Assembly: GCA_045132055.1 (NCBI GenBank)
Contig: JBGURP010000039.1
Coordinates: 64,394 to 128,393 of the forward strand
Direction: 5' to 3'
DNA from: Bacteroidales bacterium
GTDB lineage: Bacteria; Bacteroidota; Bacteroidia; Bacteroidales; WCHB1-69
Length of the DNA stretch: 64,000 bases
Part shown: positions 43,237-57,670 of the stretch, piece by piece
How the letters are laid out: each line of letters opens with the position of its first letter
How positions within the stretch are numbered: position 1 is the stretch's first letter
Notes under the pieces: generated by a model
Database searches by the model: none
What the model was told of the DNA's origin: nothing
What the model saw: only the letters and a program-made list of their open reading frames with translations
Position numbers and translations under genes: made by a program

Positions 43237-45021
43237 ATGAGGAAGAAATCCAATTTCATTTTTTATTTGGTCCGTCGGTATGCCGGTCGGCTTACTTTGG
43301 TTTTCTTCCTGAATCTCATCTCGGTGCTGCTTTCTATCCTGGTCTTCATGATGATCGAGCCTTTTTGCAGGTTGCTCTTCAGGGGCACTTTGGATGGATT
43401 AAGCCCTATCTCCTCGTTCTTTGTTTCGCTGCTCGGCAAGGTAGTGGATTTGCAGGCAGCTGGCCAGTCAATCGTCGGTTTGGTGGTCGCGGCCATCCTG
43501 CTGTATCTTTTCAAGAACCTGTTCGCTTACCTGTCGCAATGGGTCATGGCCTCTATGCGCAGCGATTTGTTGTTCACCTTGAGAAATCAATTATACGACA
43601 AGATATTGCATTTGCCGCTTGGCTACTTTACTTCCCAGCGCAGAGGCGATGTGGTTTCGCGCGGTGTTAACGACACACACGAAATTGAGTTCACTATCCT
43701 GAATTCGTTGCGTATCTTTTTGACTGAACCCATCACCATCATCTTCTATTTAGTGGTGCTCTTCTATATCAGTGTCCGGTTGTCGCTGTATTCTATTATC
43801 TTGTTACCGGCCACATTTCTGATCATCGGCTGGATTACAAGATCCTTGCGCAAGGATGCGAGAAATTCAAAGCAACGTTTGGGCTCTCTGCTCTCCCATG
43901 TGGAGGAAACCCTTTCCGGGTTGCGCATCATCAAGGGATTCAACGCCCAGCGCAACGCCCAGCAAGTCTTCGACCGTTTGAACAAGAAGTTTTCCGACAA
44001 GCAGCGTTACATTTACCGCAAGATTGACATTGCCTCTCCGTTTGGTGAGTTTTTAGGTGTGTCGTTCGTGATGGTGGTTTTGGTGATTGGCGGTATGTTG
44101 GTATTGTCGCCCACGCCTACCCTGTCGGCGGAACTGTTCATTACCTACATTGCCTTGTTCTCGCAGATCATCAATCCGGTGAAGAATCTCTCTACGGCTT
44201 TTGCCAACTACCGTCGCGGGCAGTCGGCTCTTGACCGGCTCAATGAGATTCTGGATGTGGAGAACACTATCGTGAGCCCTAAACATCCTGAGCCGCTCGC
44301 GGGTTTTCAAGATTCTATCGTGTTGCAAAACTTGTCTTTTGCCTACGGAGACAAACCTGTGTTGGACAATCTTAATTTGGAGATTCGAAAAGGGCAGACG
44401 GTTGCGCTCATCGGACAGTCGGGCGCTGGCAAAACCACTATTGCTGATATACTGGAGCGTTTCTACGATCCTACTTCCGGCGCCGTTTTGCTGGATGGCG
44501 TGGATATACGTTCATACGACATTCATCAATACCGTTCCTTGTTCGCGCTGGTGTCGCAGGATGTGGTGTTGTTTAATGACACTATCTATAACAACATTGT
44601 GTTGGGTCGTACTGATGTGAGCGAGAAAGATGTGTGGGAGGCAGTGCGCGTGGCCAATATCTTGGATTTTATCCAGACATTACCCGATGGGTTGCAGCAC
44701 AATATTGGCGACAGGGGGTTGACCCTGTCGGGTGGTCAGCGCCAGCGGCTCAGTATCGCACGTGCGGTTTTGCACAATACGTCCATCCTGATTTTGGACG
44801 AGGCCACCTCTGCCATGGACACGGAGTCGGAGCGATTGGTGCAGGCAGCATTGGACAATGTGATGCAGAACAGGACTGCAGTGGTGATTGCGCACCGCTT
44901 GTCCACTATCCAGAAAGCCGACAATATCGTGGTGTTGGACAAAGGCAGGATTGTGGAGCAGGGCACGCACGAGGAGTTGATGGCGCGGCAGGGGAGATAT
45001 TACCAATATGTGAATATGTAA
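43237..45021 (+). CDS. ABC transporter, fused permease/ATPase (MsbA-like exporter)
   Basis: Six-TM N-terminal half, then GQSGAGKTT Walker A, LSGGQRQRLSIARA signature and ILILDEATSAMD Walker B. I used ATG 43237, which lies after the upstream terminator; the ORF-track start 43198 lies inside that hairpin. Confidence 0.85.
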   Translation: MRKKSNFIFYLVRRYAGRLTLVFFLNLISVLLSILVFMMIEPFCRLLFRGTLDGLSPISSFFVSLLGKVVDLQAAGQSIVGLVVAAILLYLFKNLFAYLSQWVMASMRSDLLFTLRNQLYDKILHLPLGYFTSQRRGDVVSRGVNDTHEIEFTILNSLRIFLTEPITIIFYLVVLFYISVRLSLYSIILLPATFLIIGWITRSLRKDARNSKQRLGSLLSHVEETLSGLRIIKGFNAQRNAQQVFDRLNKKFSDKQRYIYRKIDIASPFGEFLGVSFVMVVLVIGGMLVLSPTPTLSAELFITYIALFSQIINPVKNLSTAFANYRRGQSALDRLNEILDVENTIVSPKHPEPLAGFQDSIVLQNLSFAYGDKPVLDNLNLEIRKGQTVALIGQSGAGKTTIADILERFYDPTSGAVLLDGVDIRSYDIHQYRSLFALVSQDVVLFNDTIYNNIVLGRTDVSEKDVWEAVRVANILDFIQTLPDGLQHNIGDRGLTLSGGQRQRLSIARAVLHNTSILILDEATSAMDTESERLVQAALDNVMQNRTAVVIAHRLSTIQKADNIVVLDKGRIVEQGTHEELMARQGRYYQYVNM

Positions 45022-45123
45022 CCCTATGGGTGCATGGGGTGAATGAGGTGAAAGAGGTGAATTGAGTAATTTTGGAGGTTCCGCAACAAGTTGCGGAATG
45101 GTGTAACGACTAACTTAATAAAT

Positions 45124-45786
45124 ATGGCAAAGCATAAATTAGCGAGATTTGCGGAAAACGAAACATTTGGAAATTTGTTCCAGCATACCAGTTATGACCG
45201 TCAGAATATCCCGTTCCCGTTGAAGGGCAAGTGGGGGAGTGAGTATTTTCACAATGACCATCCGATAACGGTAGAGCTGGGTTGTGGCAAGGGAGACTAT
45301 ACTATTGCGATGGCGAAGCGTTTCCCCGAGCGCAATTTCATCGGCATCGACCGCAAGGGTGCGCGGTTGTGGCGCGGTTGCAAGGATGCCATCGAGGGCA
45401 ATATGGCGAATGTGGCCTTCTTGCGCATCAACATTGACAATATTGGATACTATTTCGAGAAGGGCGAGGTGAGTGAGATCTGGGTAACGTTTCCTGATCC
45501 GCAGCCCAAGAGTGAGCGCCGGAGATTGGTATCGCCGCGCTTTGTGGGCTTCTACCGCGAGGTGTTGCCCGAGAGTGGAGGAGTGCTAAACCTGAAGACG
45601 GACAGCCGGCTCTTGTACGAGTATGTGCGCGAGACTGCCCCGATTGAGCAATGGGCTGTATTAGAAGATGTTGAGAATGTCTATACGCAGCCTGCGGATG
45701 CTTTGTTAACAGAGGTGCAGACCTTTTACGAAAAGATGTGGTTGGCTGAGGGGCGTACGATTTCGTACTTGAAATTGAAGATTTAG
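45124..45786 (+). CDS. trmB: tRNA (guanine-N7)-methyltransferase
   Basis: VELGCGKGDYTIAMA SAM motif, IGIDRKGARL, IWVTFPDPQPK. I used ATG 45124 (MAKHKLARF). Confidence 0.85.
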   Translation: MAKHKLARFAENETFGNLFQHTSYDRQNIPFPLKGKWGSEYFHNDHPITVELGCGKGDYTIAMAKRFPERNFIGIDRKGARLWRGCKDAIEGNMANVAFLRINIDNIGYYFEKGEVSEIWVTFPDPQPKSERRRLVSPRFVGFYREVLPESGGVLNLKTDSRLLYEYVRETAPIEQWAVLEDVENVYTQPADALLTEVQTFYEKMWLAEGRTISYLKLKI

Positions 45787-45859
45787 ATGCCCTTTAAACA
45801 AAAATAGTGCCACACCAAAATTTTTTTCATAAAAAAATATTTTCATATAAAAAAAATAC

Positions 45860-45867
45860 TATATTTG
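45860..45867 (+). promoter_or_regulatory. Bacteroides-type -7 box (TATATTTG) preceded by a long A/T-rich block. Candidate secE-nusG-rpl promoter.
   Basis: Matches TAnnTTTG, 186 nt upstream of the secE ATG. The upstream sequence tttttttcataaaaaaatattttcatataaaaaaaatac resembles an UP element. Confidence 0.4.
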
Positions 45868-46053
45868 CCAACTTGTTAGAAAATTGGCGCAATGAGGGAT
45901 TGGAATTGTGAGTAAGTTTCTATAACAAAGTGAATGACAATAACTTGCGTTTTCAATTTTTCAACACAAGGGTGTTAGTGTAGTGGGGTGGATTTGGCAG
46001 AAAGTTGACAAAAAGTTTCTAAAACAGATAAAAATCGAAAAAAATATAAGAAG

Positions 46054-46242
46054 ATGAAAATAGTTAATTATTGTAAAGAAGTTTACGACGAGTTGGTACA
46101 CAAGACAACTTGGCCGACTATGCAAGAACTTGGCAACAGTGTTGTAGTGGTGTCTATTGCTTCCCTAATCATCGCGTTAATCGTGTTTTTGATGGATGCC
46201 GTCTTCAACTTGGGAATGGATCTCATGTTCCCGGCTATGTAG
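46054..46242 (+). CDS. secE: Preprotein translocase subunit SecE
   Basis: 62 aa. EVYDELVHKTTWPTMQEL is followed by a single TM helix. It sits immediately upstream of nusG. Confidence 0.8.
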   Translation: MKIVNYCKEVYDELVHKTTWPTMQELGNSVVVVSIASLIIALIVFLMDAVFNLGMDLMFPAM

Positions 46243-46282
46243 TTTTCTTAATCAGTGGTTGTTATATCCTAAATAGCGAATC

Positions 46283-46837
46283 ATGGCAGACGTCGAGCGT
46301 AAATGGTATGTGATTAAAGCGGTCACAGGTACCGAGAAGAAGGTGAAGCAGAACATCGAGACCGAGGTTGAGCTTTCCCATCTGAAGGACTATGTGTCTA
46401 AGGTGTTGATACCTACGGAAAAGGTTCACCACATTACCAAGAGTGGAAAGAAGGTTGTGACTGAGAAGAACTATTTCCCGAGCTACATCTTTGTGGAGGT
46501 AGCCAAGATGGAAGAGGTTTTCAGCATGATTCTGGACATTCCTGGCGTGTTGGGCTTTGTGGGTTGCAAGCACAAGAGCGACATTCCCGTAGCATTGCGT
46601 CCGGCCGAAGTCTCTCGTTTGCTGGGCAAGGTTGACGAATTGATGACCCAAGACGATTCATATTTGCAGCCTTTCACAGTGGGTGAGGAGATTAAAGTTA
46701 TTGATGGGCCTTTCAACACCTTCAACGGGTTTATCGAGGAGATAGACACGGAAAAGAAGAAGCTGAAGATTATGGTGAAAATCTTTGGCCGTAAGACTCC
46801 GCTTGAGCTGGGTTTTATGCAGGTTGAAAAAATATAG
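46283..46837 (+). CDS. nusG: Transcription termination/antitermination factor NusG
   Basis: KWYVIKAVTGTEKKV NGN domain and a C-terminal KOW (GEEIKVIDGPFNTFNGFIEEID). Confidence 0.95.
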   Translation: MADVERKWYVIKAVTGTEKKVKQNIETEVELSHLKDYVSKVLIPTEKVHHITKSGKKVVTEKNYFPSYIFVEVAKMEEVFSMILDIPGVLGFVGCKHKSDIPVALRPAEVSRLLGKVDELMTQDDSYLQPFTVGEEIKVIDGPFNTFNGFIEEIDTEKKKLKIMVKIFGRKTPLELGFMQVEKI

Positions 46838-46875
46838 CGCCACAAATAGTTACAAACAATTAAATCAAATTAAAA

Positions 46876-47325
46876 ATGGCAAAAGAAGTAGCTGGATTAA
46901 TTAAGTTACAAATTAAAGGAGGAGCCGCCAATCCAGCACCCCCGGTAGGACCTGCATTGGGTTCGAAGGGTGTGAACATCATGGACTTTTGCAAGCAGTT
47001 CAATGCGCGTACGCAGGAAATGGCTGGCAAAATCATCCCTGTTGTGATTACGGTTTACAAGGACAAGTCCTTCGACTTCATCACGAAGACCCCTCCGGTT
47101 GCTGTACAAATTAAGGAAGCAGCCAAACTTCAAAAAGGTTCCGGTGAGCCTAACCGTTCCAAAGTCGGTTCCATCACATGGGACCAGGTGCGAACCATTG
47201 CCGAGACCAAGATGAGCGACCTGAACTGTTTCGAGGTTGAGTCCGCCATGTCTATGGTTGCCGGTACAGCTCGCAGTTTGGGCGTTACCGTGAAAGGTGG
47301 CCAGAATCCTTTTGAGAAAAATTAA
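46876..47325 (+). CDS. rplK: 50S ribosomal protein L11
   Basis: [21 protein letters not shown]...[12 protein letters not shown]. Confidence 0.95.
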   Translation: MAKEVAGLIKLQIKGGAANPAPPVGPALGSKGVNIMDFCKQFNARTQEMAGKIIPVVITVYKDKSFDFITKTPPVAVQIKEAAKLQKGSGEPNRSKVGSITWDQVRTIAETKMSDLNCFEVESAMSMVAGTARSLGVTVKGGQNPFEKN

Positions 47326-47347
47326 TAACAAGTAAAAAACAAATCAC

Positions 47348-48043
47348 ATGGCTAAAATATCAAAAAAACGCAAAGAGGCTTTTGCTAAATTTGATAAGAG
47401 TAAAGTGTACGCTTTACCGGAGGCTATCCAAGTGGTGAAAGATCTCACATATACCAAATTTGATGCATCATTTGACATTGACGTGCGTTTGGGCGTTGAC
47501 CCTCGTAAGGCCAATCAGATGGTCCGTGGTATTGTGACGCTGCCCCACGGTACTGGAAAAGTCATCCGCGTGCTCGTGCTCTGTACTCCTGACAAAGAAG
47601 AAGAGGCAAAGGCTGCGGGAGCCGACTATGTTGGTTTGGATGAATACGTTGACAAGATCAAGCAAGGCTGGACCGATGTTGACGTCATCATCACCATGCC
47701 GAGCGTGATGCCGAAGATCGGTGCTCTCGGTAGAATATTGGGTCCCCGTGGTTTGATGCCGAACCCCAAGTCCGGTACTGTCACGATGGAAGTCGGCAAG
47801 GCCGTTTCCGAAGTGAAAGCCGGTAAGATTGACTTCAAGGTGGACAAATTCGGTATTATCCACACCTCCATCGGTAAGAATCATTTCACCGTGGACCAGC
47901 TGACCGACAATGCCCGCGAAATGCTCGGCACCGTCATCAAGCTGAAACCGACCTCCGCCAAAGGTACGTACATCAAGAGCATCTACCTTTCCACGACCAT
48001 GAGTCCTGGTGTTCAGGTGGATCCTAAATCAGTTACATTATAA
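47348..48043 (+). CDS. rplA: 50S ribosomal protein L1
   Basis: [20 protein letters not shown]...[17 protein letters not shown]. Confidence 0.95.
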   Translation: MAKISKKRKEAFAKFDKSKVYALPEAIQVVKDLTYTKFDASFDIDVRLGVDPRKANQMVRGIVTLPHGTGKVIRVLVLCTPDKEEEAKAAGADYVGLDEYVDKIKQGWTDVDVIITMPSVMPKIGALGRILGPRGLMPNPKSGTVTMEVGKAVSEVKAGKIDFKVDKFGIIHTSIGKNHFTVDQLTDNAREMLGTVIKLKPTSAKGTYIKSIYLSTTMSPGVQVDPKSVTL

Positions 48044-48060
48044 TTTAAAGATTAGTTAGT

Positions 48061-48579
48061 ATGAAACAAGAACAAAAAGCTCAGATTATCGAAGAAATCG
48101 CACAGGACTTGGCTAACTATTCCCATGTATATGTAACCGATATTTCCGGTTTCACGGTTAGTACAGTCAACCAGTTGCGCAGACTCTGTTTCAAACGCGA
48201 CGTCAAGCTGAAGGTTGTGAAGAACACCTTGCTGAAACGTGCTATGGATCAGGCTGAGGCTGATTATTCCGAACTCTATCCGGTGCTGAACGGCGCCACC
48301 TCCATCATGTTGTGCAACACAGGCAATGTGCCTGCCCGCTTGATCAAGGAGTTTCGTGCAAAGAACGACAAACCCCTCATCAAGGCTGCCTTCATCGAGG
48401 AAACCGCTTACATCGGAGACGACCAGTTGGAAGCTCTGTGCAACATCAAGTCCCGCGAGGAATTGATCGGCGACATCGTGGCCCTGTTGCAATCACCTGC
48501 CAAGAATGTGGTGTCCGCACTGCAGTCTGGTGGCGGCAAGTTGGCCGGTATCGTCAAGACTTTGTCCGAAAGACAATAA
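48061..48579 (+). CDS. rplJ: 50S ribosomal protein L10
   Basis: Position between rplA and rplL. LRRLCFKRDVKLKVVKNTL is L10-like. Confidence 0.9.
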   Translation: MKQEQKAQIIEEIAQDLANYSHVYVTDISGFTVSTVNQLRRLCFKRDVKLKVVKNTLLKRAMDQAEADYSELYPVLNGATSIMLCNTGNVPARLIKEFRAKNDKPLIKAAFIEETAYIGDDQLEALCNIKSREELIGDIVALLQSPAKNVVSALQSGGGKLAGIVKTLSERQ

Positions 48580-48636
48580 CAAAATCAAATTTAACAAACA
48601 AATCATTTTAGTAAAAACTTTTAAAAAAATAAAATT

Positions 48637-49017
48637 ATGGCAGATTTGAAAGCATTTGCAGAACAATTAGTTAATTTGACCGTTAAAGAAGTTAACGAGT
48701 TAGCTCAAATTTTGAAAGAAGAATACGGTATTGAGCCCGCAGCTGCAGCAGTTGCAGTAGCAGCAGGTCCCGCAGCCGGTGGTGGTGCAGCTGCCGCTGA
48801 GGAGAAAACCGAGTTCAATGTGATTCTGAAATCCGCTGGTGCTCAGAAATTGCAAGTTGTGAAATTGGTGAAGGAACTCACCAGCCTTGGTCTGAAAGAG
48901 GCTAAGGAACTCGTTGACGGCGCTCCCAAGGCCGTTAAGGAAGGCGTTTCCAAAGACGAAGCTGAGTCTTTGAAGAAAGCCCTCGAAGAAGTTGGCGCTG
49001 AGGTCGAACTCAACTAA
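48637..49017 (+). CDS. rplL: 50S ribosomal protein L7/L12
   Basis: Ala-rich hinge [26 protein letters not shown] and the C-terminal domain [23 protein letters not shown]. Confidence 0.95.
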   Translation: MADLKAFAEQLVNLTVKEVNELAQILKEEYGIEPAAAAVAVAAGPAAGGGAAAAEEKTEFNVILKSAGAQKLQVVKLVKELTSLGLKEAKELVDGAPKAVKEGVSKDEAESLKKALEEVGAEVELN

Positions 49018-49039
49018 TTTCAACTTAAACCCCATCAAT

Positions 49040-49075
49040 AGTACAACACTTCCACTTCGGTGGAAGTATTGTACT
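49040..49075 (+). terminator. rplL-rpoB intergenic hairpin (attenuator or partial terminator) with a UUCG tetraloop
   Basis: 16-bp stem agtacaacacttccac / gtggaagtattgtact with one mismatch and loop ttcg, followed by a U-rich stretch. Confidence 0.65.
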
Positions 49076-49147
49076 TATTGTTGTCTTTAATACCCACTGA
49101 TTGGTATTCCCCTTAAAATCAGTATTAACAATCTAATTATCAAAGTC

Positions 49148-52948
<3,801 letters not shown>

Positions 52949-52972
52949 GACAACAAGATAATATTGTAAATC

Positions 52973-55900
52973 ATGGCTCTTAAAAAAGACAGTAATACAA
53001 GAAAAGAATTTCAAAAAATTACCATCAGTCTGGCTTCTCCGGAGACCATCCTTCAACAGTCACATGGCGAGGTTTTGAAACCGGAGACTATCAACTACAG
53101 AACGTACAAGCCGGAGCGTGATGGTCTGTTTTGCGAAAAGATTTTCGGACCGACCAAAGACTGGGAGTGCCACTGCGGTAAGTACAAGAGAATCCGCTAC
53201 AAAGGCATCACTTGCGACCGATGCGGTGTGGAAGTTACCGAGAGAAAGGTGCGTCGCGAAAGGATGGGCCATATCCAGCTCGTGGTGCCCGTTGCCCATA
53301 TTTGGTTCTTCAAATCGTTGCCGAACAAGATCGGTGCGTTGCTCGGACTCTCCTCCAAGGATGTGGATGCGGTGATTTATTATGAGAAATACATCGTTAT
53401 CCAACCCGGTATGGCAGAGAGCGAGAATGTTCAAAAGAACACGCTGTTGACCGAAGAGGAGTATTACGAGATCGTGGACAACCTGCCTGCAGAGAACAAG
53501 CTGTTGGATGATAATGATCCTAACAAGTTCGTGGCCAAGATGGGTGCTGAAGCCCTCTACGACCTGCTTTGCAAGGTGGATCTCGATGCAGAATCCTACG
53601 AGTTGAGAGACAGAGCCAACAATGAGACCTCTCAACAGCGTAAGAAAGACCTGCTCAAGCGTCTGCATGTATTTGAGTCGTTCCGCGACAGCCGCAAGCG
53701 TGCTGAGAACAGACCGGAATGGATGATCGTCAAGATCGTGCCGGTGATTCCGCCGGAGATCCGTCCGTTGGTTCCGCTGGATGGCGGCCGCTTCGCCACT
53801 TCCGACTTGAACGACCTCTACCGTCGTGTCATCATCCGCAACAACCGTCTGAAACGCCTTGTCGAAATCAAGGCTCCGGACGTCATCATGCGTAATGAGA
53901 AGCGTATGTTGCAGGAGGCTGTAGATTCCCTGTTCGACAACTCCAAGAAATCCAGTGCGGTGAAGTCCGACTCCAACCGCGCGCTCAAATCCCTTTCAGA
54001 CAGCTTGAAGGGTAAACAAGGACGTTTCCGTCAGAACTTGCTCGGTAAACGTGTGGACTACTCCGGCCGTTCCGTTATCGTCGTCGGTCCCGACTTGCAT
54101 CTGAACGAATGCGGTCTGCCGAAGGACATGGCAGCTGAGTTGTTCAAACCTTACGTTATCCGCAAGATTCTGGAAAGAGGTATCGTGAAGACGGTGAAAT
54201 CCGCCAAGAAGATTGTCGATCGCAAGGATCCCGTCGTATGGGAAATCCTCGAGAATATTTTGAAGGGTCACCCGGTATTGTTGAACCGTGCTCCTACGTT
54301 GCACCGTCTGGGTATCCAGGCCTTCCAGCCGAGATTGGTGGAAGGTAAGGCTATCCGCCTGCACCCGTTGTGCTGTACGGCTTTCAACGCCGACTTCGAC
54401 GGTGACCAGATGGCTGTGCACGTTCCTCTTGGAAATGCCGCTATCATGGAAGCCCAGATGCTGATGATGGCTTCCCACAACATCTTGAATCCTGCCAACG
54501 GTGCGCCTGTTACGGTGCCTTCCCAGGACATGGTGTTGGGTCTGTATTATATCACCAAAGAGCTTCCTTCCACTCCCGACCATAAGGTGCAGGGCGAAGG
54601 CAGCATATTCTACGGACCTGAGGAGGTGATGATTGCCTACAACGAGAAGAAAGTGCATTTGAATGCCAAGATCAAATGTAGAGTTGATGTTGACGGCAAT
54701 GGCACCATCAAGATCATTGACACCACCGTCGGTCGTGTGATGTTCAACCAGGTGGTTCCCAAGGAATACGGTTATATCAACATGTTGTTGACCAAGAAGG
54801 CTCTCCGTGACATTATCGGTGACGTCTTGAACAAGTGCGGTAACAAGGTTTGTGCCCAGTTCCTGGACGACATCATGAGCCTTGGTTATCGTATGGCTTT
54901 CGAAGGCGGTTTGTCCTTCAATTTGGGTGATGTGATCATCCCGAAGCAGAAACCGGAATTCATCGCTGAAGCCAATGCCCAGGTGGATGAGATCACCATG
55001 AACTACAACATGGGTTTCATCACCAACACTGAGCGTTACAACCAGGTGATTGACGTTTGGTCACAGTGCAACGCCCGTCTTTCCAAGATTTTGATGAAAG
55101 AAATCGAGGAAGACCGTCAGGGCTTCAACCCTGTGCATATGATGCGCGACTCTGGAGCTCGTGGTTCTGCTGAGCAGATCCGTCAGCTTTCCGGTATGCG
55201 TGGTTTGATGGCCAAGCCGAGTAAGGCTGGTTCTTCCGGCGGCGAGATTATCGAGAACCCGATTTTGTCCAACTTCAAAGAGGGTCTGTCTGTGCAAGAG
55301 TACTTCATCTCTACGCACGGTGCCCGTAAGGGTTTGGCCGATACCGCCTTGAAGACCGCTGACGCTGGTTACCTGACCCGTCGTTTGGTCGATGTCTCCC
55401 ACGATGTCATCATCATGGAAGAAGACTGCGGCACGCTGCGTGGTATGACCGTCAGCGCTTTGAAGAAGAACGAAGAGGTTGTTGAGACCCTCTACGATCG
55501 TTTGCTCGGTCGTGTGACCTTGCACGATGTATATCATCCGCAGACTGGCGAGCTCATCATCAAAGCCGGTGAGGAGTTGACCGAGAAATATTGTAAGATT
55601 ATTGAAGAATCTCCCATTGAGGAGGTGGAAATCCGTTCAGTGCCGACCTGCGAGTCCAAGCATGGTATCTGCCAGAAGTGTTACGGTCGTAACCTGGCTA
55701 CCGGCAAGATGGTTCAGATAGGTGAGGCTGTCGGCGTCATCGCAGCACAGTCCATCGGTGAGCCTGGTACACAGCTGACTCTGCGTACGTTCCACGTCGG
55801 TGGTGTGGCCGGTAACGTGGCCGCCAACTCTTCTATCCAAGCTGCTTACGACGGTGTGTTGAGCATCGACGAGTTGCGTGCTTTGGAGAAAACGGATGCA

Positions 55901-57283
55901 TTCGGCAAGACTTACTACAAGGTCATCGGCCGTACTGCTGAAATCAAGATTATCGATGTAAAGACCGGTATTGCACTGGCATCCGCCAATGTGCCTTACG
56001 GTTCTAACCTCTATTTCAAACACGGTGATCCCATCAAGAAGGGCGATTTGATCGCTGATTGGGATCCGTTCAACGCTGTGATTCTGTCTGACGTGGCTGG
56101 TAAGGTCCAATACAACGACATTATCGAAGGTGTTACCTATCGTGTGGAAACGGACGAACAGACCAACATCCACGACAAGGTGATCATCGAGAGCCGTCTG
56201 AAGACCAAGAACCCGAGCATTTCCATCGTTGATAAGCATGGTGAGGTAATCAAGAGCTTTGACGTACCTGTGGGTGCTCGTTTGGCAGTGGAAGAGGGTG
56301 ATGTGATTGACTCTGGTGAAATCCTCGTCAAGATTCTGCGTTCATTCGGTAAGTCTGGCGATATCACCGGCGGTTTGCCGCGCGTCACTGAGTTGTTCGA
56401 GGCCCGTAACCCGTCAGATCCCGCTGTGGTTTCCGAAATCGACGGTGTGGTTTCATTTGAGAAGAAGCTCAAACGTGGTAACCGTGTGGTGAAGATTACG
56501 CCGCGTAACGACGATGGTGAGGGTGCCAAGGTTTACCTCATCCCGACCTCCAAGCAGATTCTGGCTCAGGAGAATGACTTCGTGAAGGCTGGTACGCCGC
56601 TGTCCGAAGGTTCTCTCACCCCTGTCGATATTTTGAATATCAAGGGTGCCCAGAAGGTGCAAGAATACATCATCAACGAAATCCAGGAAGTCTATCGTCT
56701 CCAGGGTGTGAAGATCAACGACAAGCACTTTGAAGTGATTGTGCGTCAGATGATGCGCAAGATGGAAATCGAGGATCCGGGTGATACCAAGTTCTTGCAG
56801 GGCGAGTTGATCAACAAGATCGACTTCCAAGAAGAGAACGACATCATCTGGGACAAGAAGGTGGTTGAAGATCCGGGCGATTCCGATGAGGTCCGCAAAG
56901 GTCAGATTATCTCTGCCAAGAAGTTGCGTGACATCAACTCCATCCTGAAGCGTAAGGATATGAAACTCGTGCAGGTGCGCGACGCTCGTCCTGCTACTGG
57001 TAAGCCCATCCTGCAAGGTATCACACGTGCTTCTTTGCAGACTCACAGCTTTATTTCCGCTGCATCCTTCCAGGAGACGACCAAGGTGCTCACTGAGGCT
57101 GCCATCAACGCCAAGTCCGACAACCTGATTGGTATGAAGGAGAACGTTATCGTCGGTCAGAAGATTCCGGCTGGTACGGGTATCCGCAGATACCAGACCA
57201 TTGAGGTCGGCTCTAAAGAGGAGTACGAATCCCTGATGGCCTCCAAGGAAGAGGAGCTGGTGATGGAAGAAGTGAATAACTAA
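52973..57283 (+). CDS. rpoC: DNA-directed RNA polymerase subunit beta-prime
   Basis: Zn-finger [23 protein letters not shown], catalytic NADFDGDQM, and the trigger-loop region. Confidence 0.97.
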   Translation: MALKKDSNTRKEFQKITISLASPETILQQSHGEVLKPETINYRTYKPERDGLFCEKIFGPTKDWECHCGKYKRIRYKGITCDRCGVEVTERKVRRERMGHIQLVVPVAHIWFFKSLPNKIGALLGLSSKDVDAVIYYEKYIVIQPGMAESENVQKNTLLTEEEYYEIVDNLPAENKLLDDNDPNKFVAKMGAEALYDLLCKVDLDAESYELRDRANNETSQQRKKDLLKRLHVFESFRDSRKRAENRPEWMIVKIVPVIPPEIRPLVPLDGGRFATSDLNDLYRRVIIRNNRLKRLVEIKAPDVIMRNEKRMLQEAVDSLFDNSKKSSAVKSDSNRALKSLSDSLKGKQGRFRQNLLGKRVDYSGRSVIVVGPDLHLNECGLPKDMAAELFKPYVIRKILERGIVKTVKSAKKIVDRKDPVVWEILENILKGHPVLLNRAPTLHRLGIQAFQPRLVEGKAIRLHPLCCTAFNADFDGDQMAVHVPLGNAAIMEAQMLMMASHNILNPANGAPVTVPSQDMVLGLYYITKELPSTPDHKVQGEGSIFYGPEEVMIAYNEKKVHLNAKIKCRVDVDGNGTIKIIDTTVGRVMFNQVVPKEYGYINMLLTKKALRDIIGDVLNKCGNKVCAQFLDDIMSLGYRMAFEGGLSFNLGDVIIPKQKPEFIAEANAQVDEITMNYNMGFITNTERYNQVIDVWSQCNARLSKILMKEIEEDRQGFNPVHMMRDSGARGSAEQIRQLSGMRGLMAKPSKAGSSGGEIIENPILSNFKEGLSVQEYFISTHGARKGLADTALKTADAGYLTRRLVDVSHDVIIMEEDCGTLRGMTVSALKKNEEVVETLYDRLLGRVTLHDVYHPQTGELIIKAGEELTEKYCKIIEESPIEEVEIRSVPTCESKHGICQKCYGRNLATGKMVQIGEAVGVIAAQSIGEPGTQLTLRTFHVGGVAGNVAANSSIQAAYDGVLSIDELRALEKTDAFGKTYYKVIGRTAEIKIIDVKTGIALASANVPYGSNLYFKHGDPIKKGDLIADWDPFNAVILSDVAGKVQYNDIIEGVTYRVETDEQTNIHDKVIIESRLKTKNPSISIVDKHGEVIKSFDVPVGARLAVEEGDVIDSGEILVKILRSFGKSGDITGGLPRVTELFEARNPSDPAVVSEIDGVVSFEKKLKRGNRVVKITPRNDDGEGAKVYLIPTSKQILAQENDFVKAGTPLSEGSLTPVDILNIKGAQKVQEYIINEIQEVYRLQGVKINDKHFEVIVRQMMRKMEIEDPGDTKFLQGELINKIDFQEENDIIWDKKVVEDPGDSDEVRKGQIISAKKLRDINSILKRKDMKLVQVRDARPATGKPILQGITRASLQTHSFISAASFQETTKVLTEAAINAKSDNLIGMKENVIVGQKIPAGTGIRRYQTIEVGSKEEYESLMASKEEELVMEEVNN

Positions 57284-57301
57284 CATCTAAAACAATAGAA
57301 A

Positions 57302-57598
57302 ATGCCAGATCAGAAAATAGATATCAATTTGCCGGAAGAGGTGGCGCAGGGGATTTATTCCAACTTGGCCATCATCTCCCATTCCAACACGGAGTTTATC
57401 GTGGATTTTGTGTCCATGTTGCCGGGCGTGCAGAAAGGTACGGTGCGTTCGCGCGTCATCATGACCCCGCAGAACACCAAGAGACTGCTGAATGCTTTGG
57501 CTGACAATGTTGCCAAGTACGAGGAGCAGAACGGTGTTATCGTGGACAACCCGCAGGGTGCCATCCCGCCCATGATGAACGGTGGAGGTTTGGCATAG
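57302..57598 (+). CDS. Small conserved protein downstream of rpoC (DUF3467-like, from memory)
   Basis: 98 aa, starting 18 nt after the rpoC stop and followed by a strong terminator. YSNLAIISHSNTEFIVDF ... VRSRVIMTPQNTKRLLNAL. Confidence 0.6.
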   Translation: MPDQKIDINLPEEVAQGIYSNLAIISHSNTEFIVDFVSMLPGVQKGTVRSRVIMTPQNTKRLLNALADNVAKYEEQNGVIVDNPQGAIPPMMNGGGLA

Positions 57599-57641
57599 TT
57601 TCAGTACGAAACGTTCAAATTCTTAAATATTAATGATGGAT

Positions 57642-57669
57642 AGGGCAGGACTTCGGTTCTGCCCTTTTT
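57642..57669 (+). terminator. Rho-independent terminator of the rpoBC operon, with a UUCG tetraloop
   Basis: Stem agggcaggac / gttctgccct with loop ttcg, followed by a T-run. Confidence 0.75.
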
Positions 57670-57670
57670 G

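Noticed and set aside
45880-46053. Expected tRNA-Trp upstream of secE.
   Set aside because: I tried to fold the region and found no acceptor/T-arm (GGTTCGA-type) pattern. No tRNA is called here.
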